Below, in pieces: positions 33,201 through 47,329 of a DNA stretch of 64,000 nucleotides; positions within the stretch are counted from its first letter, which is position 1, and every line of letters starts with the position of its first letter. Origin of the DNA: Macrostomum hystrix (lineage: Eukaryota; Animalia; Platyhelminthes); the NCBI GenBank assembly GCA_950097015.1, contig CATNEN010000011.1:186001-250000 (forward strand). Reading direction: 5' to 3'. The position numbers and the translations under genes were made by a program. Under the pieces are notes generated by a model. It saw nothing but the letters and a program-made list of their open reading frames with translations. It had not been told where the DNA came from and made no database searches.

Positions 33201-36200
33201 ATGCGCAGAAACCGCAAACTTGACCGCCTCTGGCGTCTGTGGTACGCTCTGTTGGTGCTGCTGCTCCAGGCCTTCCTGTTGTACGCAGCTGCCTGTCGCT
33301 ACCTGGACTATCGGCATCGGGCAATGCGCGAGTCGTGGCGCCAGGAGCCGATGAATTGCTACCTGGCTGCCATTCTCTCAGCAGCCTGCCTAGCCACTCT
33401 GTTTGCCTACGCCTCATTTGCTCGGACTGGAAATTTTGCCGACGATGGCGTCTCAGTGGGCCGCGAACCGGCCAGCCTGCGGCTCGCCATGCTCGAGTCG
33501 GGAGTTGCCGGGGCACCCGTGCCAACTTCATGTCCTAGCCGAATGAGGCGACATTTCTTGCCGCCCACCTGTGGCCTGCACCTGCTGATGGCTTTGTGCC
33601 TGCTAGCTCCCCTGCCAGCCCTAGAGGCAGAGGCTGTGCTACACGAGGAAGCGCCAAGAGGTGAGTTCGGCAGTCGTGCATACTTTTCATATCCTGTTTT
33701 GCATGTAAACTTTCAGACAGTCATATAGCTTACATTTCTAAACAGTGCTTCAGAGCTTGAATCTGCGAGAATTTCCCAGCGAAAATCGGATGTCGGCAGG
33801 AACACCTGGTGTAATGAGCAACAGTTGGACATATTTAGGAGGGACATATGAACATCAGGAGCAGGGACAGTAAGATATTAAAACTGGATGAGGGGGATCT
33901 GGGTGTAGAGTGGGGTGTCAGAAATGATTACAGTAACAGGGTTAATAGTGATCGCCTATCTCTTTAGTGATTTGAATCAGCAGTGCGGCCAGTGTAGTCA
34001 TTTTCGCTGGCCCAGATCCAAGGCTGCATGCTGCAGTCAGGGATGAATGGGCAATCGGCCCGTTTTTAGTTAGATAGGTCTGATGTTCCAGATTCCTCGA
34101 TTTTCACTTGTGCTAAAATTCCACGCTTCCCTGACTCGTTAGTCCTGTATGACGCAATCCATCTAAACTCACCGAGACCAGATGAAATATAGCTATATAA
34201 AGTATAAGACTATAAAGCTGATGGTTTTATAGCACGTAGCTGTCACATAACCCAGTCGTCATCCCATTGAGGTTAGAGGCAAAATATGCATGCACGTGAT
34301 ATATAGTTTCAAAGCAAGCAGCATTCTTGATACGAGGTTACAATGGTAAGCACTTGCTTCAATTAAGCTATTTAAATGCAGTTTTTTCTCTCGCCGCTTG
34401 CGAGAGAAATGACTTTGTATTCTTTCAACTGGTTCTCTTTTGCATGTAACTTAGCTTTCGAATAAATCAGTAATGACTACTCACTTATGGACATTGGACT
34501 GTTTGGACATTGTCTCCTTCAGATTAGCGGTAGGATCCCTCGGATTAGTGGTTGGATCCCTAGGATTAGCGGTTGGATCCTTCGGATTAGTACACTGTGG
34601 ACTCACAAGCTATACTTCAATACAGGTACACATGGTTGGATCCATCTGACTTGATCAGATGGATCCAACTGCAGCTCAGTAAAACTTAGTGTCGGGGACG
34701 TTGCTGTTTTGGCGACAGAGTAAGAGCCCGCATCGCCTTTTTTCGAATGACGGGCTCCTATCCTTGCCTATCCTTGCGACAAATATCCGCTATTGAAGCC
34801 GCACTCTCCAGATTACAAAAGCAAAGTAGGCGAGTCTTCAGGCATGGCATCACACTCCATACTGAACAGCTAGAAAATTGCTTATCAATCCATCAGCTTT
34901 CACATGGCGTTCTTTGTTTCAGCCCTTTGTCCCAGGAGGCCTCATTTAAGTGAGCGACCTTATTCGGGTTGTGGGTTTTTCAACAGGGACAATTGTAAAT
35001 ACGAGCTTGGGTCCTATTCTGAGAGAAATACTGACAGATTCGGGAGATTCGCATGGAGGCTGACCTGGGGAATTTCAGCTAAAATGAGGTCAAACTCATG
35101 CTCATAGAATTTAGAGTTCGCGACCATTAGATTCTTATCAGTCATAATAGTTTTCAAAGGGAGGCTGTGACTCATGCTACTGATCCCGTGTGCCTCTACC
35201 GGGGCAGAAACAGCTATTTTATGTTCGAAAGCTTGCCAATACATTTGGCTTCCTAGTGCCCCTCTTCGTTTTATTCGTTCGTTTTATTTTATTCATCAGC
35301 TATTGCATGCAACACCGTTTCTCCAAACTCTCACTGCACTTGTACAGTAGCTTATTCACCGGATATTTTATATCATCCACTGTTGTGTATAATGCTAATG
35401 TTTAGAGCTTGCCTATATAGATACCGTCCGCTGTCAAGTTTTGCAGCTGCAGGTGCTAATTAGAGATGGCAGACACATAAGCAGAAGCTTATTTTTATCT
35501 ACTCACGTAGTTTCACGTGCTCGCATTACTAAGCCTGAAATGAGCACATATTAAGCAGCCACTTGCATTTCTAGTGAACCAAATCAAAAGAATAGCGAAC
35601 AACTAGACAGCAGACAGCTGTGCTCACAAACTGCACCCCAGAAGTCAACGTGTCACACTCGATTCTGCAGAGGGACTGCATGTATCGTAGAGATTTCTTG
35701 TTTAAAAATAGTTATGATTTTACCCCCTGGGGCTCGCTGGTTTCAGTGCGCAAAGTAGCGAACCAGATTACGGAATGGTTAGCAGGATCAGTGTCAGGAT
35801 CGCATGATCGGGCAGATCAGGCTGCGGGTTTGTAGTAGAATTGACAGAATCCCAGCGTGGGAAAGTCGACCAGTAAAGCTGTGTAACTATTTCAGATTGA
35901 GCAGACACGAGCTTGAATGTGAGACGAGTGCTGGTACATTCATGCAACAACTAAATCTCTTTAGCTGGAGAGGCAATTTAAATAACGAAAACGGAGCGAT
36001 CTGGGACAGGGGAGTGAGGGAAACAGGATAAAACAAAAGCAAATGTGAAGTTAATCCTATAGAATTAGGAATAATATTAAGTAAAATGGAAGGAAAACGA
36101 CGCAATTCGACTTCGGAAAATGACTGCGCCTATATAACAAAGACAACACAGAGAAGATAATGATGTGTAGGGAGTGCATAATATACCGTAGAGATGGGTT

Positions 36201-39200
36201 GAAACTGACATTGAATACACAGAATTGGTCGACAGAATTGTTTGTCAGGGCAGTAAAGTCTGGACTTTATTAGGCAAGTGGAGTTACGAGCTACAACCGT
36301 AAAGGGAGGTAATTTTGGTCTTATAGAGAACAGACAACGGATAAGAACGCGCTGGGAAATGGCAGAAGAGAATAGACAACTGGAGAGCGATTGGTGGCAG
36401 AGTGGCAGAGGATTAATGACACAGGGGAGAGGATGACAAGAGAGGGGAGAAGATTGATAAGTTAGAGAAGAATATTAATAACACAGGGGAGAGGACTGAT
36501 AAGAGAAGGGATTGGACATTGGGGAGAGGAGGAAAGTGAAGAGAGACATAAAAGAGGGTTAAGGGTGGAGCATGAATTATAAATGGCATGGGGGGGAGAA
36601 TTGTGGAGGAGAGGGAGGAAATGGGAAAAACTGTTTTTTTATCGGGCTAAGGCTCATCACAACTGATAATGAAAAAACAGGGAAATTTATAATGGAAAGA
36701 TTGCAGATCTTTTACCGAAGAAAATATGAAAGGGGAGAGACTGAAGACAAGGTCACCGACCTGATCGAGACACAAGAAGGAAAAATATCGCCTCCCTTCT
36801 TTTATTCCCCAATGCAGTGGAAAAACAGCGGTGAAAGTGATCCCCTGGCGGGTTAGAAAATGCCACTCCTATGCCGCTCACTAAGTCGACCATTGTCTGC
36901 TCCGATTGCGCGGCTAAATTCTAGATAAATCATCGCTTGCGTGCGCTTCTTGAGTACTCATACAGAGTGCAACCTGAGCACAGGACGCATATGCTGCGGT
37001 GCACATTGATTTTCTAGCATCGCTAATACAAATTCGAAACAAATGGCTGACAAGGATCTGCTTTCTTGTCCAACTGAGGGGCGTGGCAGGTTTTGCATAA
37101 AGATTGCTCCTTGCCTAATTGTGAGGGCTTTGCTGCGTCAGTTCAACCTCTTTATTTCAGCTTATCTTTACAGTTCAATGATTTATTGCTGTAGGCACTG
37201 TACTATGAACTCATGCGTTGTATTCTAAATGCCAGGCAACAAAGCAAAAGTCTCTCCCATGGCATCCTATGCTTCCCCTGACATCCCATAATTCCCCAGA
37301 CACCCCATACTTTCCCTGACATGCCATGCTTCCCCTGTGATCCCATACTTCCGTTGACATCACATGCTTCCGTTGACAGCCCATATGTTTCCCTGACATC
37401 CGATGCTCTCCCTAACTTTCAATTCCTCCCCTCATATCACTGCATGAAAACATGCTTCCTTTGACAAGACAGTTGACATTGTTAACTTTCTGTGACATCG
37501 TTGATCATCGTAGGGAAAAATGTAAATATAGGAATCTACGAGTACTGGGCTAGCATTTGGTCAGAGATTCGTCGAGTATCCACCAACAAATCTTTTTCAG
37601 AAGCCATCTGGTCCACCAGCCTGGATTTTCTTCTGAGAGACCACCGGACTAGTCGTCTCCTAGCTACACCAGACGAGACTCCGAGGAGCTCCGGTGGCAC
37701 CGGAGTGTCAGCTGAAGTAGCCAACCTGATCCTGGCCCTCTGCCTGTTGCTAGTCCGCTATCCATCAGCCTTTTGGCTGGCCAGCCGCCCATTCTCTCTG
37801 CTGTTCTCTGCGGTCCTGTGCGCCTGCTGCATTCATGTGCTGCTCTCCCGCGAGGCATCAGCTGTGCTGTTGCGCTCTGCCTTGGTTGGGAATGACGGCG
37901 GCTGCTTGCCTGCGGCTGCTGTGCCCGCCTTGCAGATCATCAGCGACCTAATGCTGCTGACCGCCTGCGTAGCCTTCTTCGAGTTTGGCTACGGACGAGT
38001 AAGTACTGGCGTGGTCTTCGCCTGAAAAGTTGGCCTTGTTTTGACTCAGACTGTCATACTATTGCTTTTTGATCGTACTTAACTCTCCCTCAGGTGTTGT
38101 CCAGCCTTAGCCAACTAAGACCCTACCTGCTACAGCAGCAAAAGCATCAACAGCAGCGGCGGCTGCTCAATTCCAAGCAACCAGATCACCTGGACTCCGT
38201 GTCTAACTGCGGCATGAGCGGAGTCGGGCCCAGCAGCGATTACTCGAGCCACCAGGCCGGCAAAGCTGCCTGCTGCCAGCGGGGCATACTGGCCGCCCAG
38301 GTGCTTGGCTCATTGCTCATGCTGGCCGCTGGTTTAATCAAGGCGCCCCTGCTCTGGGACTGGCTGGCTCTCTACCGCCGGCGCCGAGTTCCGGTTTTGC
38401 TGGCTGCCATCGCCTCCGGAGGCGCTTATGCGGTCGTATGGACCGGTGCCTGGCTGCTTCTCGGCCTGTGCCGCAGTGCCGCTGTCTGCCAGTTTGATAT
38501 CCGGGTGGAGCTGTCACGAGACGTGGCTGAGCAGGAAGAGCTGGTGGAGATTGACGATGATTCATCCGCAGCAGCGGTAGCTGGAGGCAGTTCGGCGCTA
38601 AGAGGCATTGACGGCGACGGAAATCCCAGAGTAGATGGTATGGCTCCGGGTCAAAGTCCCAGTCAGCGTAGGCAGCAGCAGTCAGTGCAGTCGCCTTACA
38701 TGTACCACCATCATCAACAGCAGTTTCGCATAGGTGAAGGTGTCGGTATGATATCCACCATTTCGGAGCGCTTGGACGCTGCCAGCGAGGATGGCGGCGC
38801 GAGCGGCAGTGGCGGCAGTAGTGGTGCAGGAAGCGACAAGCTGAGCGGTCTCGTAAAGTACCAGGTTCGCCGGGACTCCTCTGGCGGCAGCTTGAGACGC
38901 AGCCCTGGGGGAGGCAGTGCAAGCCACAGTCGCGTCGTCACGTTCAAGGAGAGCATTGGTGGAGTGTCTACAGCTCTGCCACCTCAGCTATCGTTCCTGG
39001 CGTCAACGGCTTCTCCGGCCTCCAGTCAGGTTGGCGGCGCTTCATCGTCAGATAGCGGAGTGGCCGATTACCAGTTGAACTTGTTACACCAGCATCATCA
39101 ACATCATCAGAATCAGACCCCGTTGTTTGCCGCTTTTGGCGGTGGTCACGAAGCGGTAGCAACCTATGCTACACGGAGTGAAATATTTGCGCCCACCTTC

Positions 39201-39321
39201 AAGCCTCCACCACCGCCTCCCCCAACATTATCCTCGACACTCATGTCAACTTCTGCAGCTTCAGCAACTGCTTCTGTTTCCACCCGCGTACCCGACATTC
39301 TAATGACTCGTTGTGGTCAGT

Positions 39322-39354
<33 letters not shown>

Positions 39355-39539
39355 TACACAGTCACGGCAGTTTGGGACGTGGAATTCGGAAACCAATGTC
39401 GCTATTTGGCAGGCAACTGAGCTCTGAGCTGCTGGAAATGCTGCCGCCTCCCCCATCACCTCCGCCACCGCCTCTGCCACCAAGCCAGCAGCTGCTGCAG
39501 CGTGACGATCACGTGGATGGACTTTGCAGCCAGGTCTGA
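33201..39539 (+). CDS. tinc: Tincar-family multipass membrane protein with low-complexity polyQ/polyP tail
   Basis: Exons 33201-33660, 37601-37998, 38094-39539 in phase; LDRLWRLWYALL, RTGNFADD, LPPTCGLHL and LLVRYPSAFW..RPFSLLFS resemble tincar as I recall it. Confidence 0.72.
37258..37410 (+). repeat. ~20-bp degenerate tandem repeat in intron
   Basis: CCATACTTCCCCTGACAT-like units, ~7 copies. Confidence 0.7.
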
Positions 39540-40224
39540 AGTGTGTGGGGCAGTTAGATACTCAAAATATACCAGTAGCCTAGTAGGCATGTGATAGCTT
39601 CGTGACTCAGTCTCAGTAGCAGAAGCAATCTTAGCATACCAAATTAGTAGCACTATAATAACACGGGGTAAAAACTGACTGTTTTAATCGTGGCGCCTTT
39701 CACACGCTCCAATTCACAGCTGAACCACTAAATAAGTTCAAGAAGCAGTTCATTATAAGTAATCATTTTTGTGCTTCTTTCTGCACGCATAGGAGACAAT
39801 CTACCTGACTAATTCCTGGTTTGTACAGGGATCTAGCTAGTCATTTCGTCCCGCCTTTGCTTTGAAATTGTTGAATTAATCAGGCATCGTCATTACTGAT
39901 TATTGCACTTCACCGGACACAGCATACTTCTTCGCACCTACTGTATGTTTTCCATCAAGTTGCTTTACAAAATTTTCAAGTGTCTTCTGAGCAGCACAAT
40001 GGCCCGCCATTCTATCCAACTCTTATTCTCGATCTCATCACAACTTAAAGACCACCTTGTCTGTTCCGTCTGAAGGCAATTTTTGGCTAATTAGTTTAAA
40101 CACTCGTATTGTACCTGCCCGCTCCTAATGTAACTTTGCAATGATTCGATCAGGCTACTGTCGTATTATTGTATTTCGCGATCTGCAAAATCTTTCAGCA
40201 CCTAGGTTTTTGTTTTGTTTCTGT

Positions 40225-40532
40225 AAAACTTATTTACTGTTACTATATATAGTTTTATATATTTTACAGCTCATGTAATTATTTCACTTGCGGGAACTAA
40301 AATTATGCTTAAAAAACCAAGCATACGCAACATGATTGCTTGAATTAAGTTTGGTTTGTTAAAGAAAAATTTTAAACTAAAACTAAAACTTATTTATTGT
40401 CACTATATATAGTTTTATATATTTTACAGCTAATGTAATTATTTCACTTGCGGGAACTAAAATTATGCTTAAAAACCAAGCATACGCAACATGATTGCTT
40501 GAATTTATTTTAGTTTGTTAAAGAAAAATTTT
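40225..40532 (+). repeat. 160-bp tandem duplication
   Basis: AAAACTTATTTA...GCGGGAACTAAAATTATGC...AAAGAAAAATT begins at 40225 and 40385. Confidence 0.85.
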
Positions 40533-43500
40533 TTTAATAAAAAGGATCTGGTAAATACACCCGACAATTATTTTAAAATCTCATAGAAGTATTTACGGCT
40601 TCCTCAGCTAAAGAAATTAGATTTAAAATGAAATTCTGAAACGCTTCTGACAGGCTTCAGCTAGGCCGAGAAGTTCACAATGTCTGTTCGCTGCTACCGC
40701 CCCTTGACCACTGGCTTGAAAGTGTCCTCTCTAAGCTCCATGGGACAAAAGAAAGTTTATGAGGGGAACTAGACTTCACTTTTTGTTTATTCTTTGCCGA
40801 GTTTCATCACTGATTCCTTCACACCCGGATAAGTCAGTGGGACAAGGCGTGCAGTTAAAAATGGAAAGCCAGGGAAATGCAGATGCCGAATCGCAGTTGT
40901 GGTTTTTGCAAAACAAGTTGCCACCCTGCATTGAATTTAGCTTGAACATGCAGATTTCTGGCAGCTGTCACAACTTCAAGTCCAGTCTAGGAGCTACAGT
41001 AGTACATGCTGATTTTATTCGAGGACTACAAAGCATAGAAGGAGCTCAGCAGTGTTAGGAGTGCCAACACGCAAGCAATCAAGATTTTTTGGCACTGTAT
41101 CCATTGTTTGCCTGCCCTGTAGTGCTGCCGCATCAACGGAAGTTGTTTTTCTGCATGCAAAAGCTTTGAGGCAACTGTCGCCAATCCTCTATTTACCGAT
41201 CACCCTGTTCACACCGCTGGCTGTGCTATTGCTCGTCGATGTCTTACAAGGAAATTAAAATCCCCATTCAACAGCCCTCCACTACATTTAAATCTCCGTT
41301 CAGTGCTTGATTGACCCAGATCGAGAAGTCGGAAATCGATTGAAGATATCCGGAAGAGAGCATCAGTATGTTGCATTTGGGAGATATTACGAGAGAGAGA
41401 TCTCGTAGAGAAAGATCTAAATGCAACAAGTCAAGTTTGGAAAGGCCAACAAAGGCAGTTGTACACTTGTAAATAGTGCAAAGAAAAAAAACTAACGCAC
41501 TGCCATCCGATTATCTCGCCTCCACTTCTCGAATCGAATTCCCTTCACAGAAATAAGGGGAAGGGGAGTATTATTCTGACAGGAGCATGCTTCATGAATC
41601 ATGCTTATACTGTAGCTTTCCACAAGTTAAGCCGCTGAACTGTTTAAAGCCCAGTTGAGAACTGTTCTCAGCGCGTTCTTTGTTCTCTTTTGCTGGCCTG
41701 AGCGTCATCCAGCTTGTCCCGTCTGGCAGTATAAAGCCGGTCCGTGCAACTGCCGATCATTATTGTCTCGGCGCATTGCTAGACAATTGTAACCCAGACT
41801 TTCAGTTGAGTCATTGCATTTGAGCTAAAAATAGCAACAATAAGGGGAATCGCTTTATTTGCAAACCCGAGATGCAGGTGACGGGACTTCTCTACACCTT
41901 GCGCCCCGTTCCTCTGCGCTCCCCTATTCCGCTCCCCAACTCACCCCATGCAGCCAGTCTTTGTTATGCTAAACAACATTTGCTGCTCAGCCTGTCATGA
42001 ATGAGTAAGTAAACGCTCAATTTTTGCTTGAAGTTTTGTCCCGCCTGAACCAGAAGTTCAATAAAATAAGAATTTGGGCATTATAGCAGATTCCAGTAGC
42101 GTGTTGGTTCTTTTTTCTGCGCTGATTCATTCCTATTGTAGAAATATTTTTGTTATTAAATTCTGCAGCTCCAATTTCATAACATAAAGTAAACATACAC
42201 GATTTTTCAACTATATTTTTGACAAAGTCCAAGACTTTCGCTTGCCCAGAATTTTTCTAAATTCTCAGTTTTTACATCGTCTTTCTTTTTATTTTTACTG
42301 CATATTCGATAAGTATCGAACATTTTTATTTCAGATCTCATGGTGCACTTGCAAGCTGAGCTCTAATCAGTCTGTATGCACTACTGGACGTCTCAATACC
42401 CTATAGGCTATTTAACACCCTAAATTCGTATCTATGAGTTTTTACCTACCGTACTACCTGGCTAAAATCAAGACTAACAAAGGCTGCACACTAGGTGTGA
42501 AGCTCAGTGAGGTGATGTCATTCTCAGGTGGGCAAGGCAGCACTGGGCACTGGCTGCAGTCACGCGTGAAATGCTAGACGGGAGCGTGTGAGCACATGCG
42601 CCGATGCGCGGGAGACGTTGGGACTGGGACAAAGAGATCCCCTCTAAACTGCGTGGAATCCCAGCCTTGAGGGCTAAGGGAGTGTAGGAACAAAGAAAAG
42701 GCCTGCATGACCTGACACGAGCCCGCACGATACCTGGAGTGGTGCTGGAGGATACACGAGCCCCCAGAAATGTTATCGACACAGATCTCTCACCTCAAGC
42801 ATGCGATGGTTTTCCTTCACCATGAAAGGAAGTTATGTACAGGGGAACTCCGTGTAGGGACTCCGCCTAAAATGCAATAAAATTTGTGTTCCAACTTTTT
42901 TTTGTGGGGGGAAGTGATGAACAGACGGGATAGAGAAGGGAGGACGGAAGTTACAGTGGCGACTGCCATTGAGGTTCAGTGGCAGTGATTGACTCTGCGC
43001 TGGACATGAGCTAAGTTCTAATCTCTTCAGCTGCGCACACGTGAGAATTTTTGTTCAGAAAGCTTCTTTCCTCTTTCTTTCTCTCTCTCTGAGGGAGGCA
43101 ACCCGGTTAAATTTCTGAACAAAGCAACGCCAGTGAGATAGTTCAGATTCATAAGATGTACGCTCGTATACTAGAATGGGTTTGATGTGATGGCAATGGC
43201 CTGTGTTGGGAGGAATTGTTCGCATTGGGTCCCCTCTCTGATCAGAGTAAGGAAGGTGACAGGAACTGCGTTTTCAGACCAGCTGCAATTGCAGGGCTGG
43301 CTAAACAGATGCCGAAATGAGTCCAGAAGTACTTCATCACTGTTTATCATAAGCGCTTGGAGACTTTTACTAAAACTATAATTTATTGAGAAGTAGACCT
43401 CATTGATTAATTTAGCTCTGTGAACTTGGAAGCAAATTGATTTACGAGCTACATTGCTTGAAGGGCATCAAAATTAAGTTCATATGTACGAGTAAGAGCG

Positions 43501-45304
43501 GCTGAAGTGATGGCATTTCTTGTATCAATTACTACTTTAAAAATGTTTACAAATTTGACAGAAGAGCTTGTAAAGGCTTGTAACACGGCTTGCACTTCTC
43601 AGCGTTTCATTCCGCATGAATTTGCTAGCAATTTTGTGCAAAACATGCCGCAGTGGAGGCACGCAAGAATGACTCAGAGAGGAGGGCTTGCTGACGTACA
43701 GTACCTAAAAAATTGTGGAATTTGACTACACAATTGTTCATAAAAGGTTCGCTTCACGAGATCTATTGCGCCTCAATTTGTGATACTCATTCGCCCACTC
43801 TCTTAATTTTTTCACTTACCCATTACCCATAGACATAGAAGTCCTCAAGACATCTCTTTCTTTCAAGGAAAAATTATATCCGAGTTTCCGGAATTTCCAC
43901 ACAATGGTCTCTAAGGCACTTGGATTAATCAGTTTTAACACAAGTCTAAATATGACTGACCGATCATGAACTAAAGTACCAGGACGGCATTAAACACAAA
44001 GCTCTAATTCATTATTACACTTGATAATTGTTAACACTTAATTGCATTTTGCTTAACCGAATATGCATTTCCGATTCCAATTTTGCGTCTTAGGTCGGTC
44101 GGGATTAAACATTCCAGCATGAGTCATTCCATTCATAACCGTAGTCGAGCACTGCAGCCTTTATTGCGAAGGAGAGAGTGCTTAGTATGTTGCGCTTTTC
44201 TCTTTTACACAGTTTCATGCTGATGGCCGTGCATTCTTCACTGCCATTTCTACTTACGCGTGTCGCTATTGCTACTAGCCAGAAGGTCCTTAAGTAGCAT
44301 GAATCGCACATGAGTTAATTAAGCTTTGTCGCTTAAACAATCTCTAAACAATAAAATATATTTTACAAAACTATAATACTTTGTGCTGAGGTGCCGCTGT
44401 CTGCACTAACTACGGTCTTACTAGCATAAAAAACACAAAGCAAAGTATCTCTCACTCACTTTGTGATTTTTTGCCATCTCTCTGAAATGTTTCGCCCAAA
44501 ATGATAGGGAGTGATACGAGCTTTTTATAGTTACAAAAGGTACAAAAAGCAAAGAGCTTTTATTTTTATGCATAAAAAAATGCAGCGCAAAACTTCTTAC
44601 GCATTTTCTTGTTATAATCTTATCATTATATGCTACAAGGTTGGCCAGCGACAATACAAACAGCATGATTTTCAAATAAGCCCAAAATAAAACCGTTCAT
44701 TTAGTATTATGCCAAGAGTAGGCCGTATAAAATGGAACTTGAGCAGCTTGACACAAGGGAGTTTAAGTAGAAATAAATAAGATTGAAGTGACACTTCTTT
44801 AACAGAAAGTTTGCGTAGGCATGCCAGGTTAGCCCATATTTGAATAAAAGTGCGACAAGAAGACCTTATAATAAAGCTCTCTAGATGTGATTACCGAGAC
44901 AGGTCGTTGCATACTATGGAAAGAAATTTCAATATGAGCACACGGCACGCTGTTTAGAATAAATGCATAGATAAAACTGAAGAAAGGATATAGTGCTGAT
45001 ATAAAGATACACTATAGTACCAAACTGCTGGCTTCTATGCATATCGGGCAAGTCAACGAGGCTTGTTGTTAAGCCACCAGCAGATTACAGCTGAAGTAGG
45101 AATTAACATGGAACGCACTTTGCTCAATCGCATTCCAACATTGGATTTTTGACTCAGTGCTTCTCAGAAGTTGCAGTACCGAATGGACGGTTTTTGTCGA
45201 TTGCTCTTAACAATGGGTAGGTGAAAACTTTCATGGGTAAGTGAAGGCCACTGTAAAATCGCCTTTCCGTGACGATTTTTGGAACTGTGATAGTCATTTA
45301 ATAT

Positions 45305-46728
45305 TCAACGGCGGTTAACCGCGAGTGTGCTGAAAACCGTATCTGGCACGTCTTCCCATAAGTCATCGTTGTGATTGGGCCGCCAGGCCCAACCGCCACC
45401 GCAGCAGCAGCAGCACTTTTGGCAGCATCGGGAATGATTGATATTAGCGCCTGAGGACACCATGGCAGCTGCTTCTGCTGGCGTTAATTTTTGATAGTTA
45501 CCAGATGCTTGAGGCGGGGGGCATCGATATCGGCGGAAGCCACGGGGACGATAGCGTCGAGAATTCGGTTCGCACATGCCTGTTAACGATAGTTACCATA
45601 TCACAAAGTTAACTTCTTGAACAAGCTGTGAGTTATTAGCGTTTAGACATTTCGGAATTTAATTTATATTCCTTTTCTAGAAAGAATGTGCTTGAAAACC
45701 TAATATTACAGCGGGACTAAACGACTAAAGGTTTTTCCACGGACTGCAGTTATTGGTATTTACTTACATGTACCTGAGCAGACTTTGCTGTTGTACTGCT
45801 TGATTTTTTCTACCGGCACCATCCTCGTTGATTTACTTTCCAGCAGTCCCTGCTGCCCTGATTGCTTCACATTATATATAGGACCCTCTGTGGTATCAAA
45901 CACAGGCTTCGCAAGGAGAGTCGCAGCACATAAGTTGTCTTCAGATAGCCATTGATTAACTGTGGCAGCTTGTGCGTCGATTAATTGATGTTTAGACATG
46001 GAAGAATCTACTTTCGACTTCGCTGAAACAAGCCTCGCAGGTGGCTCTGGTGGCTGCTCACGTGCCCATTGTGAAGTTGCCACGATGAGCTCCTGATTGT
46101 TTGTCGAAGTTAATGTCGCTTTAAATTTGTTTCCAGTACTGCCGCTGCCGCTGCCGCAGCCGACGCTGCTGCCGCCACTTGTGCCGCTGCCACTGCCGAC
46201 GCCACTGCTTGAGCCACTATAGTTATCAACAATATCATTTAGCCGCCTGAGCAGTAGTTTAATATTGGCCGCAGGCTCTACAGTGTGCTCAGTAGACGCA
46301 CTGCAGCTGTTGTTATCCAGCAAAGCTACAAGAAGTCTCTTGCGAAGTTCCCTGCTGTCTTGGAGATTAGCACCAGTGTCTTTTTCCTCCACCTCTGAGT
46401 AGCCATTGATTCTTCTTGATATGGTGGTCCAGCTTTCACTCCTGTCACTGAGCAGGCTGTCGACAACTCTACGCAGTATGCTGTCTTTTGATCGGCTCCC
46501 CTTATCTTTCCCTATTGGGGCAACGCTGAGGCGTTTCTTTTCGAGCTGACTTCCGTTTTTTATGTCAAAATTTCTGTCGCCTTCAGCTCCCTTATTATCA
46601 TCTGATGAGAGTTTTGGCTCGGTGCAATTAGCCAATAGCCGCAATATGCCATTGCCCTTCCTATGATGCTTTGGCATAGCTCGAATTAAGAACGCAGCTG
46701 TAGCTTTAGTCTGGCTGCTATTAGGCAA
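45305..46728 (-). CDS. Orphan two-exon protein, Ser/Gly-rich with Cys-cluster C-terminus
   Basis: 322-codon ORF joins the 45579-45305 exon in phase 1 (donor at 45773, acceptor at 45580); no family recognised; true start uncertain. Confidence 0.5.
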
Positions 46729-47329
46729 AAAACAAGCGCAGCTTTACCTCTAATAAATCGCATTGCCCTTCGAATTCATTATTTGGCTGATAATAATTTG
46801 GCAGAGAATGCTAAACTTGTCTATGGCTGAAAGAGTACGCAATTAAAGCAGAAAACGTAAACAAAAAGCGAACAATAGCGCATGATTGGTCAAATAGTTT
46901 TACGATGTACCAAGATACTTATTCATGCAGCTTCGAAAAAATTATATAATTGGGGCTCGTTGGATGTCAGGGTCCGACAACATAGCCATAATGTTTATAT
47001 ACATGTATTATAATGGACAAAATAACCTTCCATAATTGTATCACTATAAAGAAATAAGCTTACATATAAAACAAATGTGACTGGGCAGGCACTAGTATAT
47101 AAATTGAAGTAGCTTTGACAAGTTTTGGCAAGTTATTAAAACTTGACCCTGAGATTTAGTTAGCTACTCATTTATATGCATACTGTAACTTGCTGATTTT
47201 ATTATATCGAGGGTCGAGGGCGTCAAGTTGAATGGATTTAGCGCGGGGCGTTACCGGGATGCGGATTGTCTCGGACTTCAATGCAAGCATTGCAAGGTCC
47301 ACAAGGAAAATTTAGTTTTATAGTTTGTA

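Noticed and set aside
35585-35835. Possible extra tincar exon
   Set aside because: Exons 1 and 2 already join in phase with family-like continuity; no convincing donor site.
42496-42975. Possible LTR (TGT...ACA, AATAAA, followed by GTGGCGAC resembling a PBS)
   Set aside because: No second LTR, TSD or internal coding sequence in the window.
39600-45300. Short ORFs in the intergenic stretch
   Set aside because: All under ~100 aa with no motifs or consistent splice structure.
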